64,000 nucleotides of DNA. It comes from an uncultured Candidatus Saccharibacteria bacterium (GTDB taxonomy: Bacteria; Patescibacteriota; Minisyncoccia; Phycocordibacterales; WO2-35-19). The stretch spans positions 44,883-108,882 of the forward strand of contig CAZVUY010000001.1 of the NCBI GenBank assembly GCA_964630525.1, given 5' to 3'. This document shows positions 20,202 to 29,412 of the stretch, piece after piece. The position numbers and the translations under genes were made by a program. Within the stretch, counting starts at the first letter, position 1, and each line of letters opens with the position of its first letter. The notes beneath the pieces were generated by a model that was not told where the DNA came from, searched no databases, and worked only from the letters and a program-made list of their open reading frames with translations.

Positions 20202-21557
20202 ATGGACTTAACTTCACTAAAACACACAAAAAAGGGCCTTTCAAATGGTGGGATGATTCTAGCCCTGGATACTGGTGCAATCATAAATCCGGAAGCAGAA
20301 GCAATGCTTCAAGCTCTACATTCCCGTTCTATAGGTGGCATAAACAGTCACCTTGAGGTGCTAGCCAAAAAAGGAGCCGAAAACTTCATGGCCAACTTCT
20401 ATGTCGGCTACGGCCACAAGTCTATAGGAGATTGTGGAACCATCACTCTTTTCATCGAGGGAGTATCGATGCTTGCAGCCAAAGCGATCCAAGATTGGCC
20501 ACTCTATTCAGGACAAGAAGCCTCGACCAGATATATAGATTTTGCCAACCAACCGTTTGTAGATCCAAAAGGCACAAAACAGTCAAAAGGAGTCCTCGAA
20601 AATTGGCGCTCATTTTACATGAAGGGTTTGAGTAAACTTGGAGAAGAACTACCAAAAAGATTTCCTCGGGGCGAAAATGAGGATGAAAAAATCTATACCA
20701 AAGCAATCAAAGCTAGAGCTTTCGATATTATGAGAAGTTTCTTGCCTTCAGGAGCGACTACCAACCTAGCTTGGCACACCAATCTTCGACAAGCGGCCGA
20801 CCACGTGATGAGACTTCGCCATCATCCACTCAAAGAGGTTCGGGATATTGCGGAAAAGCTTGAAGAACTACTTTTAGAAACTTTCCCGAGTTCTTTTGGG
20901 CACAAGAGGTACGACAATACAGAGAATTTCAATAAAGAATGGATGCAAAAAGAATATTATTACACCAATAAAAAATCTCCAGAATTTGCTCTTTCCAGAA
21001 ATTCGATAAACAAAAAAACTCTCTCTAAATACAAGAGGATACTTTCAAAAAGACCGGTTAAAACAGAGGTTCCAAAAGAGATAGCAGAGGCCGGACAAGT
21101 CCAATTTGAATTTTTGCTCGACTTTGGCTCATTCCGAGATATTCAAAGACATAGAGCTGTATTGCAGAGAATGCCACTGGTCACCATGGACCATGGCTTC
21201 GGCGAATGGTACTTGGGTGAACTACCAAAAGATTTAGCAAAAGAAGCTTTGGCCCTCCTTAAAAAACAGAAGCAAGAAATAAAAAAGTTAAAACTCGACA
21301 AAACAGAAGAACAATATTACATACCAATGGGTTATAAACTACCCAATAAACTCACAGGGTCAATACCTCATATTGTTTATCTTTCAGAGCTACGTTGTAC
21401 TCGCTTTGTACATCCAACTTTAAGATCAATCGCTATAAAAATGGCAGAGGCTTTGAGAAAAAAATTTAAAAATGAAGGTCTCACCGTCCATACCGATAAA
21501 GATCCTGATAGATTTGATGTAAACAGAGGCAAACACGACATAGTTGCAAAAAATTAA
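20202..21557 (+). CDS. thyX: FAD-dependent thymidylate synthase, long two-domain ThyX type
   Basis: YGHKSIG, QEASTRY, NLR, FRDIQRHR motifs; lies between tmk and dcd. Confidence 0.8.
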   Translation: MDLTSLKHTKKGLSNGGMILALDTGAIINPEAEAMLQALHSRSIGGINSHLEVLAKKGAENFMANFYVGYGHKSIGDCGTITLFIEGVSMLAAKAIQDWPLYSGQEASTRYIDFANQPFVDPKGTKQSKGVLENWRSFYMKGLSKLGEELPKRFPRGENEDEKIYTKAIKARAFDIMRSFLPSGATTNLAWHTNLRQAADHVMRLRHHPLKEVRDIAEKLEELLLETFPSSFGHKRYDNTENFNKEWMQKEYYYTNKKSPEFALSRNSINKKTLSKYKRILSKRPVKTEVPKEIAEAGQVQFEFLLDFGSFRDIQRHRAVLQRMPLVTMDHGFGEWYLGELPKDLAKEALALLKKQKQEIKKLKLDKTEEQYYIPMGYKLPNKLTGSIPHIVYLSELRCTRFVHPTLRSIAIKMAEALRKKFKNEGLTVHTDKDPDRFDVNRGKHDIVAKN

Positions 21558-21580
21558 CATTCTTTTATACTGCAAATTCT

Positions 21581-22252
21581 ATGGCACTGAGCAATAAAAA
21601 AATTCTGGAAGAAATAAAAAAGGGCGACATAATCATCACCCCTTTCAAAAAAGAAAATTTGGCCACCTCCAGTTATGACGTTACCCTTGGTGAATATTTT
21701 TTCGCTGAAAAACCATCAAAACACTTCCAAAACATTTTCAATATTTACGAAAAAAACCACGTCGATAGTGTTTGGGGCACTACCCCACTTAGAGCAAAGA
21801 CTGCGAGTGAAGTATTCAAAGATTATAAATTTGAATTTGGCAACATATCACCTAAAGATAAAGTGATTCTGCTTGCTCCCGGAGAAACCATTTTGGCTCA
21901 TACCAACGAGTTTATCGGCGGTCGCAAACATATCACCACCATGATGAAAGCTAGGTCTTCTTTGGGTAGAAGCTTCATCGAGGTTTGCAAATGCGCCGGT
22001 TGGGGAGATGTGGGATATATAAATCGTTGGACAATGGAGATCACAAACAATTCGAATCATTACTATATTCCACTGGTGGTCGGGAGAAGAATTGCTCAAA
22101 TTGTATTTTTTGAGACAGGTGAAATAACTGACCACGATTATACTAAAAGCGGCAAATACAACAACACGACTGATATAAAACAAACTATTAAAAACTGGAG
22201 TCCGATGAGCATGCTCCCGAGACTGTATCAGGATAAAGAAATTAAAAAATGA
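21581..22252 (+). CDS. dcd: dCTP deaminase
   Basis: SYDVTLG, ARSSLGR, GDVGY..RWTMEI, IAQIVF. Confidence 0.9.
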   Translation: MALSNKKILEEIKKGDIIITPFKKENLATSSYDVTLGEYFFAEKPSKHFQNIFNIYEKNHVDSVWGTTPLRAKTASEVFKDYKFEFGNISPKDKVILLAPGETILAHTNEFIGGRKHITTMMKARSSLGRSFIEVCKCAGWGDVGYINRWTMEITNNSNHYYIPLVVGRRIAQIVFFETGEITDHDYTKSGKYNNTTDIKQTIKNWSPMSMLPRLYQDKEIKK

Positions 22253-22290
22253 AAGAGGTTCCGAGCAAAAGCTGAAACCTCTAAATATTC

Positions 22291-22512
22291 CTACACCAAC
22301 CGAATTACCGCGCTTCTCCTCCAAACGTCAATAATCTTCTCATCACCAAATTGATCTCTAATTAATTGACATTCTTCTTCACTACCCAATTTAGCTACTA
22401 TAGCCAACTTCTCTCCTCTGGCTGGAACGTGCTCAGATGAAAGAATCTTGACCGTAACTCGTTTATTTTTAGGCATTTTTGAAACACAAATAACCCAGAA
22501 TACTTTTTCCAT
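22291..22512 (-). CDS. Hypothetical small protein
   Basis: AAGGAG SD before the ATG at 22512. Confidence 0.5.
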   Translation of the reverse strand: MEKVFWVICVSKMPKNKRVTVKILSSEHVPARGEKLAIVAKLGSEEECQLIRDQFGDEKIIDVWRRSAVIRLV

Positions 22513-22672
22513 AATAATCTCCTTGTGCTTAGGATTTAAAAAAACAAAAAAACTGCCCCAGCGGGGCAAGTTTCAAAAGGTTTTGAATTCAAAACCTGCC
22601 CCCTAAGTCAGTTTAGAAAAAGGAGTAGTAAATCCAGACCAAGTTTTTGTAAATTTATTATGTAACATTAGA

Positions 22673-23095
22673 TTATCCCTTCACCTCGACGCCCATAGAC
22701 CTGCACTGCCCAGCGATAATCTTGATCGCTGCTTCTAGGTCGTTGGCGTTTAGGTCTACCATCTTCTTTTCGGCGATTTCTTCGAGTTGTTTTCGGGTAA
22801 TAGTACCCACTTTTTGAACTGGTGGCTTGCCGGCACCCTTCTCGATACCTAGAGCCTTCATGATCAAACTTGAGGCTGGTGGGGTCTTTAGGACAAAGTC
22901 GAAAGTCCTGTCTTCATAGATAGAAATCTCGGCTGGCACCAAGCCGTCCATTTCTCGAGTAGCGTCGTTGAACTGTTTGACGAATTCACCAATATTAATA
23001 CCAGCGGGACCGAGTGCAGTACCTACCGGAGGCGCCGGGGTTGCCTTACCCGCCGCAATCACTAGTTTTATTTTTTTGCTTACTTTTTTTGCCAT
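22673..23095 (-). CDS. rplK: 50S ribosomal protein L11
   Basis: [30 protein letters not shown]. Confidence 0.98.
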   Translation of the reverse strand: MAKKVSKKIKLVIAAGKATPAPPVGTALGPAGINIGEFVKQFNDATREMDGLVPAEISIYEDRTFDFVLKTPPASSLIMKALGIEKGAGKPPVQKVGTITRKQLEEIAEKKMVDLNANDLEAAIKIIAGQCRSMGVEVKG

Positions 23096-23100
23096 TACAT

Positions 23101-23522
23101 GACACTAATTACGAATTGGCACGAATAACACGAATGGGTTTCAAGTATTTATTTCTAAAATTTACTATCAGACCCAGATCCAGACCGCTCGCGTTCAAAT
23201 ACCTATTCATTTGATAATAATCTTCCTTAGTGACCAAGTCTTTGGCCTTTAGGTCGATTAGAAGCATATTGTTTATAACAAAATCTACCCTATTTGTAAA
23301 CTGGTTCTCAATTTTATCTATAGACAGCTCCTTTTCCCTTTCAAATTTTATGTTATTTTCCTTTAAAATAGTTTCGAAGTAATCAGCGTACTGTTTTTCT
23401 CGACAATAGCGACCCAGTTGATTGTGCACCTTAAAAAGTAGGCCGTTTATTAGATATGATAGCTCCTTGTGAATGATCCCTCTTTTATTCGTGTCATTCG
23501 AGTTCATTCGTGTATTGGTGTC
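23101..23522 (-). mobile_element. Putative IS-like element: GxxExxY gene bounded by ~36-bp terminal inverted repeats
   Basis: Ends 23101-23135 (GACACTAATTACGAATTGGCACGAATAACACGAAT) and 23487-23522 (ATTCGTGTCATTCGAGTTCATTCGTGTATTGGTGTC) are inverted; inserted between nusG and rplK. Confidence 0.65.
23109..23507 (-). CDS. GxxExxY protein (PD-(D/E)XK nuclease superfamily)
   Basis: VHNQLGRYCREKQY, RVDFVI...IDLKA, QMNRYL, GLIVNF. Confidence 0.88.
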   Translation of the reverse strand: MNSNDTNKRGIIHKELSYLINGLLFKVHNQLGRYCREKQYADYFETILKENNIKFEREKELSIDKIENQFTNRVDFVINNMLLIDLKAKDLVTKEDYYQMNRYLNASGLDLGLIVNFRNKYLKPIRVIRANS

Positions 23523-23525
23523 GAG

Positions 23526-24071
23526 TTAGATTTTCTTTACTTGCAAGAAGTCCAGCTCTACCGGGGTCTCTCGACCAAACATTGGCACCATCACCTTCAC
23601 CTTACCCCTATTTTCATCGACTTCACCCACCTTCCCTTCCAAATCTTTGAACGGACCGTCAACAATCTTGACCGCATCATCTACCGACAAATCAATATTG
23701 TGTTTGACTTGTTCCGAGCTCATTCGCTTAAAGAGCTCGTCGACTTCGTTTTTGTCGAGTGGTACCGGGAAAACGCCGGAGCCTACAAACCCAGTCACTC
23801 TTGGGGTGTTACGGACGACATACCAAGAATCATCGGTCACGATCATATCTACCAAAATATAGCCGGGGTAAATTTTCTCTTCCTCTTCTACCCTCTTGTT
23901 ACCTTTGATCTTGATTTTCTTTTCGGTCGGCACGATCACATTGAAAATCTTGTCTTCCATGCCCAAAGACTCGATACGCTGCTTCAAGTTGCGCATCACT
24001 GTATTTTCATAGCCGGAATAGGTATGGATAGCATACCAGTTTCGACCTTCTTTGATCTGTTGTTTAGACAT
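23526..24071 (-). CDS. nusG: Transcription termination/antitermination factor NusG
   Basis: WYAIHTYSGYE, YPGYILV, VRNTPRVTGFVG, FGRETPVEL. Confidence 0.98.
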   Translation of the reverse strand: MSKQQIKEGRNWYAIHTYSGYENTVMRNLKQRIESLGMEDKIFNVIVPTEKKIKIKGNKRVEEEEKIYPGYILVDMIVTDDSWYVVRNTPRVTGFVGSGVFPVPLDKNEVDELFKRMSSEQVKHNIDLSVDDAVKIVDGPFKDLEGKVGEVDENRGKVKVMVPMFGRETPVELDFLQVKKI

Positions 24072-24084
24072 AATTTAGAAAGAT

Positions 24085-24264
24085 TTAGCTGATAAATAAA
24101 TTCAAGGCTCGGGAAAAGATAAGATCAAAGACTCCCAAGAAGGCCGCTACGACAACAGAAATCAAGATCACCACGACAGAGAAGATAACCGACTGTCGCT
24201 TGCTTGGCCAATTGACATGAGCCAATTCACCTTGAGTCTCGCGAAAATAACTTAAGATTGACAT
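24085..24264 (-). CDS. secE: Preprotein translocase subunit SecE
   Basis: EL.HVNWP followed by a TM helix; upstream of nusG. Confidence 0.93.
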   Translation of the reverse strand: MSILSYFRETQGELAHVNWPSKRQSVIFSVVVILISVVVAAFLGVFDLIFSRALNLFIS

Positions 24265-24374
24265 GAATTTTATATTATTGGTAACCCCTATTAAAAAACC
24301 CCTCGCGGGGTTTCTTAATTTAATTGTTGCCTCCATTATACTCTCCCTCCAAATAAAGTCAAGTTCACAACTTT

Positions 24375-24410
24375 ATTCGTGTCATTCGAGTTCATTTGTG
24401 GATTGGTGTC
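24375..24410 (-). repeat. Solo GxxExxY-type end repeat
   Basis: ATTCGTGTCATTCGAGTTCATTTGTGGATTGGTGTC (34/36 identical to 23487-23522), 3 nt after a stop codon. Confidence 0.85.
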
Positions 24411-24413
24411 GAG

Positions 24414-25220
24414 TTACCTTATCTCGTAGACGATATTGACGCGAGAAGTGATCTTGGTCTCGCCGGTTGGAAGCTCGGCTCTAGCGGGAGCAGCTGATGA
24501 TTTGACCATATCAGCCCCGCCCATCCCTTCCGCGTAATACATCGGATAAGAACCCTCTTCGTTGAAAGAGATCATTTTTACTAAACGAACACCAAGCTGT
24601 TTGGCGAGGAGTTTGGCTTCGGCCTTGGCTTTGACGATCGCCTCTTCTCTGGCCTGTGCTTCATATTTCTCTCGATCATCAACAGTAAATTCGAGACCGC
24701 TGATATTGGAAACATTGACGGCACCCACCTTGGTGACAAGATCAGCCGCTTTCTCAGTCTCTCGTACCTTCACCGTCACGGTCTGGCTCACTTCATAACC
24801 CTTCAAAACATTTTTGCCGGCAGGACAAGGAGTGGTGATGCAGTAGATTTGTTCCCATTCGTATTTTGGATAGACATTGTAACCAGTAGTCTTGATGTCT
24901 TTATCCTCAACCCCAGACTCTCTCACAGCCGCGAGAGCTTTGTTTATTTTCTCATCCAACTTGCCCTGAGCCTCTTTCACTGTATCGGCTAGCTCGGTCA
25001 CTGAAAAATTGAAAGTGGCAATATCAGGGATAGCATATGCCTCCCCTTCACCGCTCACCATGATGGTCGACTGAGGATAGATCTCATTGCCAACCTTTGG
25101 CAACTTTTTCACGTCAGCAATGATTTTGACTAAGAGAAAAACCGAGAAAAGCATGAGAGAAACCCCAATCCACTTGGTCACCCTCCTTGATCCTTCCTCA
25201 CCCAAAAATTGATTGAACAT
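24414..25220 (-). CDS. SIMPL (DUF541) domain protein
   Basis: VSGEGE...PDIA, DIKTT.Y.VYPKY, AREEAI..AK.EA..LA. Confidence 0.88.
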   Translation of the reverse strand: MFNQFLGEEGSRRVTKWIGVSLMLFSVFLLVKIIADVKKLPKVGNEIYPQSTIMVSGEGEAYAIPDIATFNFSVTELADTVKEAQGKLDEKINKALAAVRESGVEDKDIKTTGYNVYPKYEWEQIYCITTPCPAGKNVLKGYEVSQTVTVKVRETEKAADLVTKVGAVNVSNISGLEFTVDDREKYEAQAREEAIVKAKAEAKLLAKQLGVRLVKMISFNEEGSYPMYYAEGMGGADMVKSSAAPARAELPTGETKITSRVNIVYEIR

Positions 25221-25305
25221 TTTTTATTAAATTAAAGATAACAATGTGCAGCGCGCCGCTTCACCGGCGTATTATAGCATATTGAAGCCTTTGATCCTAA
25301 ACTGA

Positions 25306-26214
25306 TTATTTAGCAACTAAGTCCAATAGGTTTTCGAAAAGGCAGGCGACCGTGAGGGGGCCGACGCCGCCGGGGACGGGGGTGATGGCGGCCACTAGGG
25401 GCTCGACTTCAGCAAAGGCAACGTCACCAACGATTTTAGGTAATGAAGAGTTTGTATGTCTTTCCCTCTCCTTCACAAGGAGAGGGTCTACACGAAGTGA
25501 GGGGTGAGGTTGGTTGATCCCCACATCCACCACCACCTGCTTTTCATTCACGAAATCTTTGGTCACTAGCCCAGCCTCTCCGGCGGCCGAAACCAGAATA
25601 TCTGACTTCTTGCAGATATCCATTATCTCCGATTTTTCCATCCCTCGATGGCAGACTGTCACCTCACCACCTCTTTCCCTCAAAACTTGAGCGATCGGCC
25701 CTCCAGCGAGCTTAGAGCGGCCGATCACCGCCACCCTTTTGCCACTTACCATTACCTCATAATGATCGAGTAGAGCGAGTACCGCTCGGGCAGTCGCCGG
25801 AGTCACAACAAGGCTATCCTCAGTGTCCAGGACAGTTCTTGATACCAGACCATCCGCATCTTTGCTTTTGGGAATTGAATTTACTATTTCCTCCACATCA
25901 ACATTCTGAGGCAAAGGGAGCTGGACAATAATCCCATCTACTTCTTTATCTTCACTAAATCTTTCTATCGATCTTATTATTTTTTCTTTCGTTTCTAAAT
26001 CTTTTAATCCTCCCGTTTCCAATTTTTCTAAAATTACTTTCACCCCTATTTCTTGGCCAAAATTTGCTTTATTCCTTATATAAATATTAGAGTCCGGCCG
26101 ATCGCCAACCTGAACAATAGCCAAAGTGGGTTGGCGCCCAGCCATTTTCACTCTTGCTATTAAGTTTTGTTTCAACTGCTCCCTGACAGGAGCACCGTAA
26201 AGAATTTTTGCCAT
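25306..26214 (-). CDS. folD: Methylenetetrahydrofolate dehydrogenase/cyclohydrolase
   Basis: GIIVQLPLP, KDADG, VIGRS, VVVDVGIN, ITPVPGGVGPLTV; carries short insertions. Confidence 0.93.
   Translation of the reverse strand: MAKILYGAPVREQLKQNLIARVKMAGRQPTLAIVQVGDRPDSNIYIRNKANFGQEIGVKVILEKLETGGLKDLETKEKIIRSIERFSEDKEVDGIIVQLPLPQNVDVEEIVNSIPKSKDADGLVSRTVLDTEDSLVVTPATARAVLALLDHYEVMVSGKRVAVIGRSKLAGGPIAQVLRERGGEVTVCHRGMEKSEIMDICKKSDILVSAAGEAGLVTKDFVNEKQVVVDVGINQPHPSLRVDPLLVKERERHTNSSLPKIVGDVAFAEVEPLVAAITPVPGGVGPLTVACLFENLLDLVAK
25464..25509 (-). repeat. CCCTCTCC/GGAGAGGG palindromic repeat inserted in-frame in folD
   Basis: CCCTCTCCTT CAC AAGGAGAGGG...GGGGTGAGG; encodes PHPSLRVDPLLVKERE between DVGIN and IVGDV. 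Confidence 0.75.
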
Positions 26215-26260
26215 TTTGACCAACTATAACATAAAAAACAGCTAATTTTATGCTAAAATC

Positions 26261-26839
26261 ATGGTCATGGGTCGATGGCAGCGATTTCGCAAAATAGCCT
26301 TTATAGTATTTCTGGTTTTAATAATCGGATCATTTTTTGTTTATGAAATAGCTAGGGACAATACTGATTTTGAAGAAGTGAGACAATATCTCTCAGAGAT
26401 GGGTATTTGGGCACCAGTTATTTTTATCGCTTTTTATACTATTGGCACGATCTTCCTCCCCTCCACTCCGTTTATGGCGTTGGCTGGCATATTTTTCGGT
26501 TTTAAATACGGTCTTCTCTATACAATCATTGGGGGATTAGTCAGCTCTCTTTTGGTCTTCGCCATTTCTCGAACACTTGGTAAAAACTGGGCCGAGAGCA
26601 TTCTGGAACATCGCTACATGAGTAAGCTCGATAACTACAATCGCAAACTTGAATCAGCCGCCATCTTCGATCTGATCATTTTCCGTCTCATCCCAATCAT
26701 GCCTTTCAACGTTCTAAATATCCTGATGGGTGTCTCACGCATCAAACCCAGGGATTACCTCATCGGCACCCTGATAGGTCTTATCCCGAGTAATCTTGTA
26801 GCTGTCTATTTCGGCGATATTTTGGGCAAAATATTTTAG
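26261..26839 (+). CDS. TVP38/TMEM64 (DedA/VTT) family membrane protein
   Basis: LPSTP...G.FFG, RLIPIMPFNVLN, GTLIGLIP. Confidence 0.88.
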   Translation: MVMGRWQRFRKIAFIVFLVLIIGSFFVYEIARDNTDFEEVRQYLSEMGIWAPVIFIAFYTIGTIFLPSTPFMALAGIFFGFKYGLLYTIIGGLVSSLLVFAISRTLGKNWAESILEHRYMSKLDNYNRKLESAAIFDLIIFRLIPIMPFNVLNILMGVSRIKPRDYLIGTLIGLIPSNLVAVYFGDILGKIF

Positions 26840-27210
26840 TGATTTTCGCCAAGCACTCTTTCGATATCTTGGACAATAGATTCCAAACTTTCTTCAGATT
26901 TGATCACATAGCCGATCGCCCCCATCGCCATCACATCACTGATCTTTTTAACACTAGAGAGATTGGAAGAGACCAAAACCGGCACTTTAGGTAAATCTTT
27001 CGATTCTTGCATTTTTTTCAAAAACGAAGCCCCATCTAACTTGGGCATCATCAGGTCTAAAACAATAAGATCTGGTTTTTCATTTTGGAGTTTACTCAAA
27101 CCAGCCTCACCATCCTCTGCTTGCACCAACTGGTACTTTTCTTTTGGCAAAGCCGCCTCTAGAGTCTTGGCAAAAAACTGATCGTCATCTATCACTAAAA
27201 TTTTTTTCAT
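26836..27210 (-). CDS. Single-domain response regulator
   Basis: KKILVIDDD, PDLIVLDLMMPKLDG, YVIK. Confidence 0.92.
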   Translation of the reverse strand: MKKILVIDDDQFFAKTLEAALPKEKYQLVQAEDGEAGLSKLQNEKPDLIVLDLMMPKLDGASFLKKMQESKDLPKVPVLVSSNLSSVKKISDVMAMGAIGYVIKSEESLESIVQDIERVLGENH

Positions 27211-27248
27211 ATGCTTGAAAGATTAATATATCTCAAATCATATCACGC

Positions 27249-28658
27249 CTAGAGCGGAAGAGTAAAGAAGAAGGTTGATCCCATACCCTCTTTCGAAACC
27301 ACTCCGACTGTACCTTCATGAGCCTCGGCAATACCCTTGGCAATAACCAACCCCAGGCCAGTACCCTTCTCATCTTTGGCGACCGGTGATATTTTGGCCT
27401 GTTTGTAGGTCTGGAAGAGTTTGTCCAGGTCGCTCGCCGGAATACCAATACCGGTATCAGAGACGGTAATACAGATTGAATCTTGTTTAGTTTTGAGGTC
27501 AGTAATAGTTGGAAATATCTTGTATTTACCGAAATCAATCGAAAGGGCTGGTAGTGAACCCTCGCGCACCACAAAAGCAGAAACCAAAATCGAGCCCCCT
27601 TTGGGGGTAAATTTGATGGCATTTGAAAGAAAATTATTCAAAATCTGCTTCAAAGCTTGCGGGTCAAACAAGGCTGCTGCCGGCAAATCCGGACTTAAAT
27701 AATTCTCCAGGGCAACCTCTCTCGTGCTGGCCGACACTTTGTAAAACATGATCCTGTTCTCTACCAAATCTTTGATACTAGACTCTTCTTTATTAACTTC
27801 AAATTTGCCAGCTTGCAGCTTGGAAAGATCGAGGATATCACTCACCAGTTCCAACATCGAAGCTGAGCTTTGGTGGATCATACCAAGGTACTGCTTGAAT
27901 TCGGGAGAATCGGGTGCGATATGCCCAGAAACGACAAGCTCCACTATTTTCTTAATACCATCAAGCGGAGATCGGAGTTCGTGGACAATCATCGAGGTGA
28001 ATTCTTCTCGAACCTTCATAAGCTTCTGCTCTTCGGTGGTGACCACTTCCTGCAAACGCGTCACTGCCGTTGAAGCCTGGCTGACTATTTTGTACAAAAT
28101 AGTCATATCGGCTTCTTTGTATAAACCTTTTTGGGTATTGGCGATACTCAAAACCCCTACTACCGAGCCGCTAATCACCAAAGGAATGTTGAAGATGGAG
28201 CCAACAGCCTGGTTGAGCTCTTCTATCAGGATGGCTCCTGATATTTTTTCCTCTACAGCATACGAACCCGGTGTTTTGTCAGTCAAAGCCTCTAGAGAAG
28301 CGAGCATCCGCCTTTTCATATCATCCAAAAACGCTCTGTTGACTGAGACTTCAATGTGAGTATTGAGGTTTACTTTTTGTTCTGTAATAACCGCGTAGCT
28401 GACGACGCTATAATTGATGAATTGATGGAGGGATCCGGTAATCAGACTCATTATCTCTTCCACATTCAAGGAATAGCCGATGCGTTCACCTAGTTCTTTG
28501 AGAATGGCGAGTTCATAGATTCGTCGGCTCGCCTCTTCCCTCTCCTTTTTTATTTCTCTCTCCCTTTTTTGGATAGCTGCCAAAAAGTAAAACAGCAGCA
28601 ATACAAAGGCTGTTACAAAAAATATGAGGATGGCGCCCAGGATCAGCGCTTGGTTCAT
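27249..28658 (-). CDS. GAF-domain sensor histidine kinase
   Basis: N-terminal TM, GAF (IPLVISG.VVGVL), H-box VHELRSPL, NFLSNAIKFT, DTGIGI, GTGLGL. Confidence 0.92.
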   Translation of the reverse strand: MNQALILGAILIFFVTAFVLLLFYFLAAIQKREREIKKEREEASRRIYELAILKELGERIGYSLNVEEIMSLITGSLHQFINYSVVSYAVITEQKVNLNTHIEVSVNRAFLDDMKRRMLASLEALTDKTPGSYAVEEKISGAILIEELNQAVGSIFNIPLVISGSVVGVLSIANTQKGLYKEADMTILYKIVSQASTAVTRLQEVVTTEEQKLMKVREEFTSMIVHELRSPLDGIKKIVELVVSGHIAPDSPEFKQYLGMIHQSSASMLELVSDILDLSKLQAGKFEVNKEESSIKDLVENRIMFYKVSASTREVALENYLSPDLPAAALFDPQALKQILNNFLSNAIKFTPKGGSILVSAFVVREGSLPALSIDFGKYKIFPTITDLKTKQDSICITVSDTGIGIPASDLDKLFQTYKQAKISPVAKDEKGTGLGLVIAKGIAEAHEGTVGVVSKEGMGSTFFFTLPL

Positions 28659-28659
28659 C

Positions 28660-29055
28660 TTAATTATTCATTATGCCCTTAAGAAGCTTGTTGGCACCGA
28701 TAACCATGAAAATATACCCGGTAGCAAAACAGACAGTATTGATAACATTAAACCAAACCACACTCAGCCAAGCATCAACGAAGCTCGCCATTGTACCAAG
28801 CACCACTAGAAACATACCTGCCGCGATATAGTTGAGTACCGAACCGAAAAGCCCACCACCCATCTTCTTGGCGGCACGCAACACAAACATCATTGCGATC
28901 ACACCGATCACAATAGACAAAAGTAACGAGAAATTGCCAGCAAAAATGGAGGCATAGGCAACTTCGTCATTTGCCAATAAAACATCTCGACTTTGTGCAA
29001 AAATACTGGTTGGCCACAAAAGGAACAGGCTCAAAAAATATTTCACCTTGCTCAT
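28660..29055 (-). CDS. Hypothetical membrane protein
   Basis: Signal-like N-terminus plus 3 TM; tightly coupled to the kinase gene. Confidence 0.75.
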   Translation of the reverse strand: MSKVKYFLSLFLLWPTSIFAQSRDVLLANDEVAYASIFAGNFSLLLSIVIGVIAMMFVLRAAKKMGGGLFGSVLNYIAAGMFLVVLGTMASFVDAWLSVVWFNVINTVCFATGYIFMVIGANKLLKGIMNN

Positions 29056-29330
29056 GGTTGGATATTAGTTTTAATAGAAGGGTATTTCTTGAAAATAGAG
29101 TCGACAGCGTTCCTGACTATTTCGCCAGACAGAGAGACGTATTCGTCGATTAGTTTCTGCAAAACCACCTGCTCTGGACCGGTAACTTCGGTCACTACAC
29201 CCTCATCGGAGACACTCATACCAGCCACGTTGCGAGCTTTCAGCACTGCGATCTGGGGACCGAGAATAACCACTTGCTTTTGAATAATTTCGGTCAACAT
29301 CGATTTGTAGTCCTCTTTTGTTGGTTCCAT
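29052..29330 (-). CDS. Hypothetical small cytoplasmic protein
   Basis: 92 aa; ATGA overlap with the next gene. Confidence 0.75.
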   Translation of the reverse strand: MEPTKEDYKSMLTEIIQKQVVILGPQIAVLKARNVAGMSVSDEGVVTEVTGPEQVVLQKLIDEYVSLSGEIVRNAVDSIFKKYPSIKTNIQP

Positions 29331-29412
29331 AATGAATGATCGTTAATACTGATAGTTGACTAAATTCTATAATACAACTAAAAACCGCGCACCCCTATCT
29401 TGGGGATATAAT

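Noticed and set aside
6881-24410. CGAAT repeats as a CRISPR array
   Set aside because: Copies are dispersed over kilobases at gene junctions and are not regularly spaced
29391-29407. Second CsoR operator (ACCCCTATCTTGGGGAT)
   Set aside because: Imperfect, wrongly spaced C/G tracts, and located at the 3' end of the copper operon
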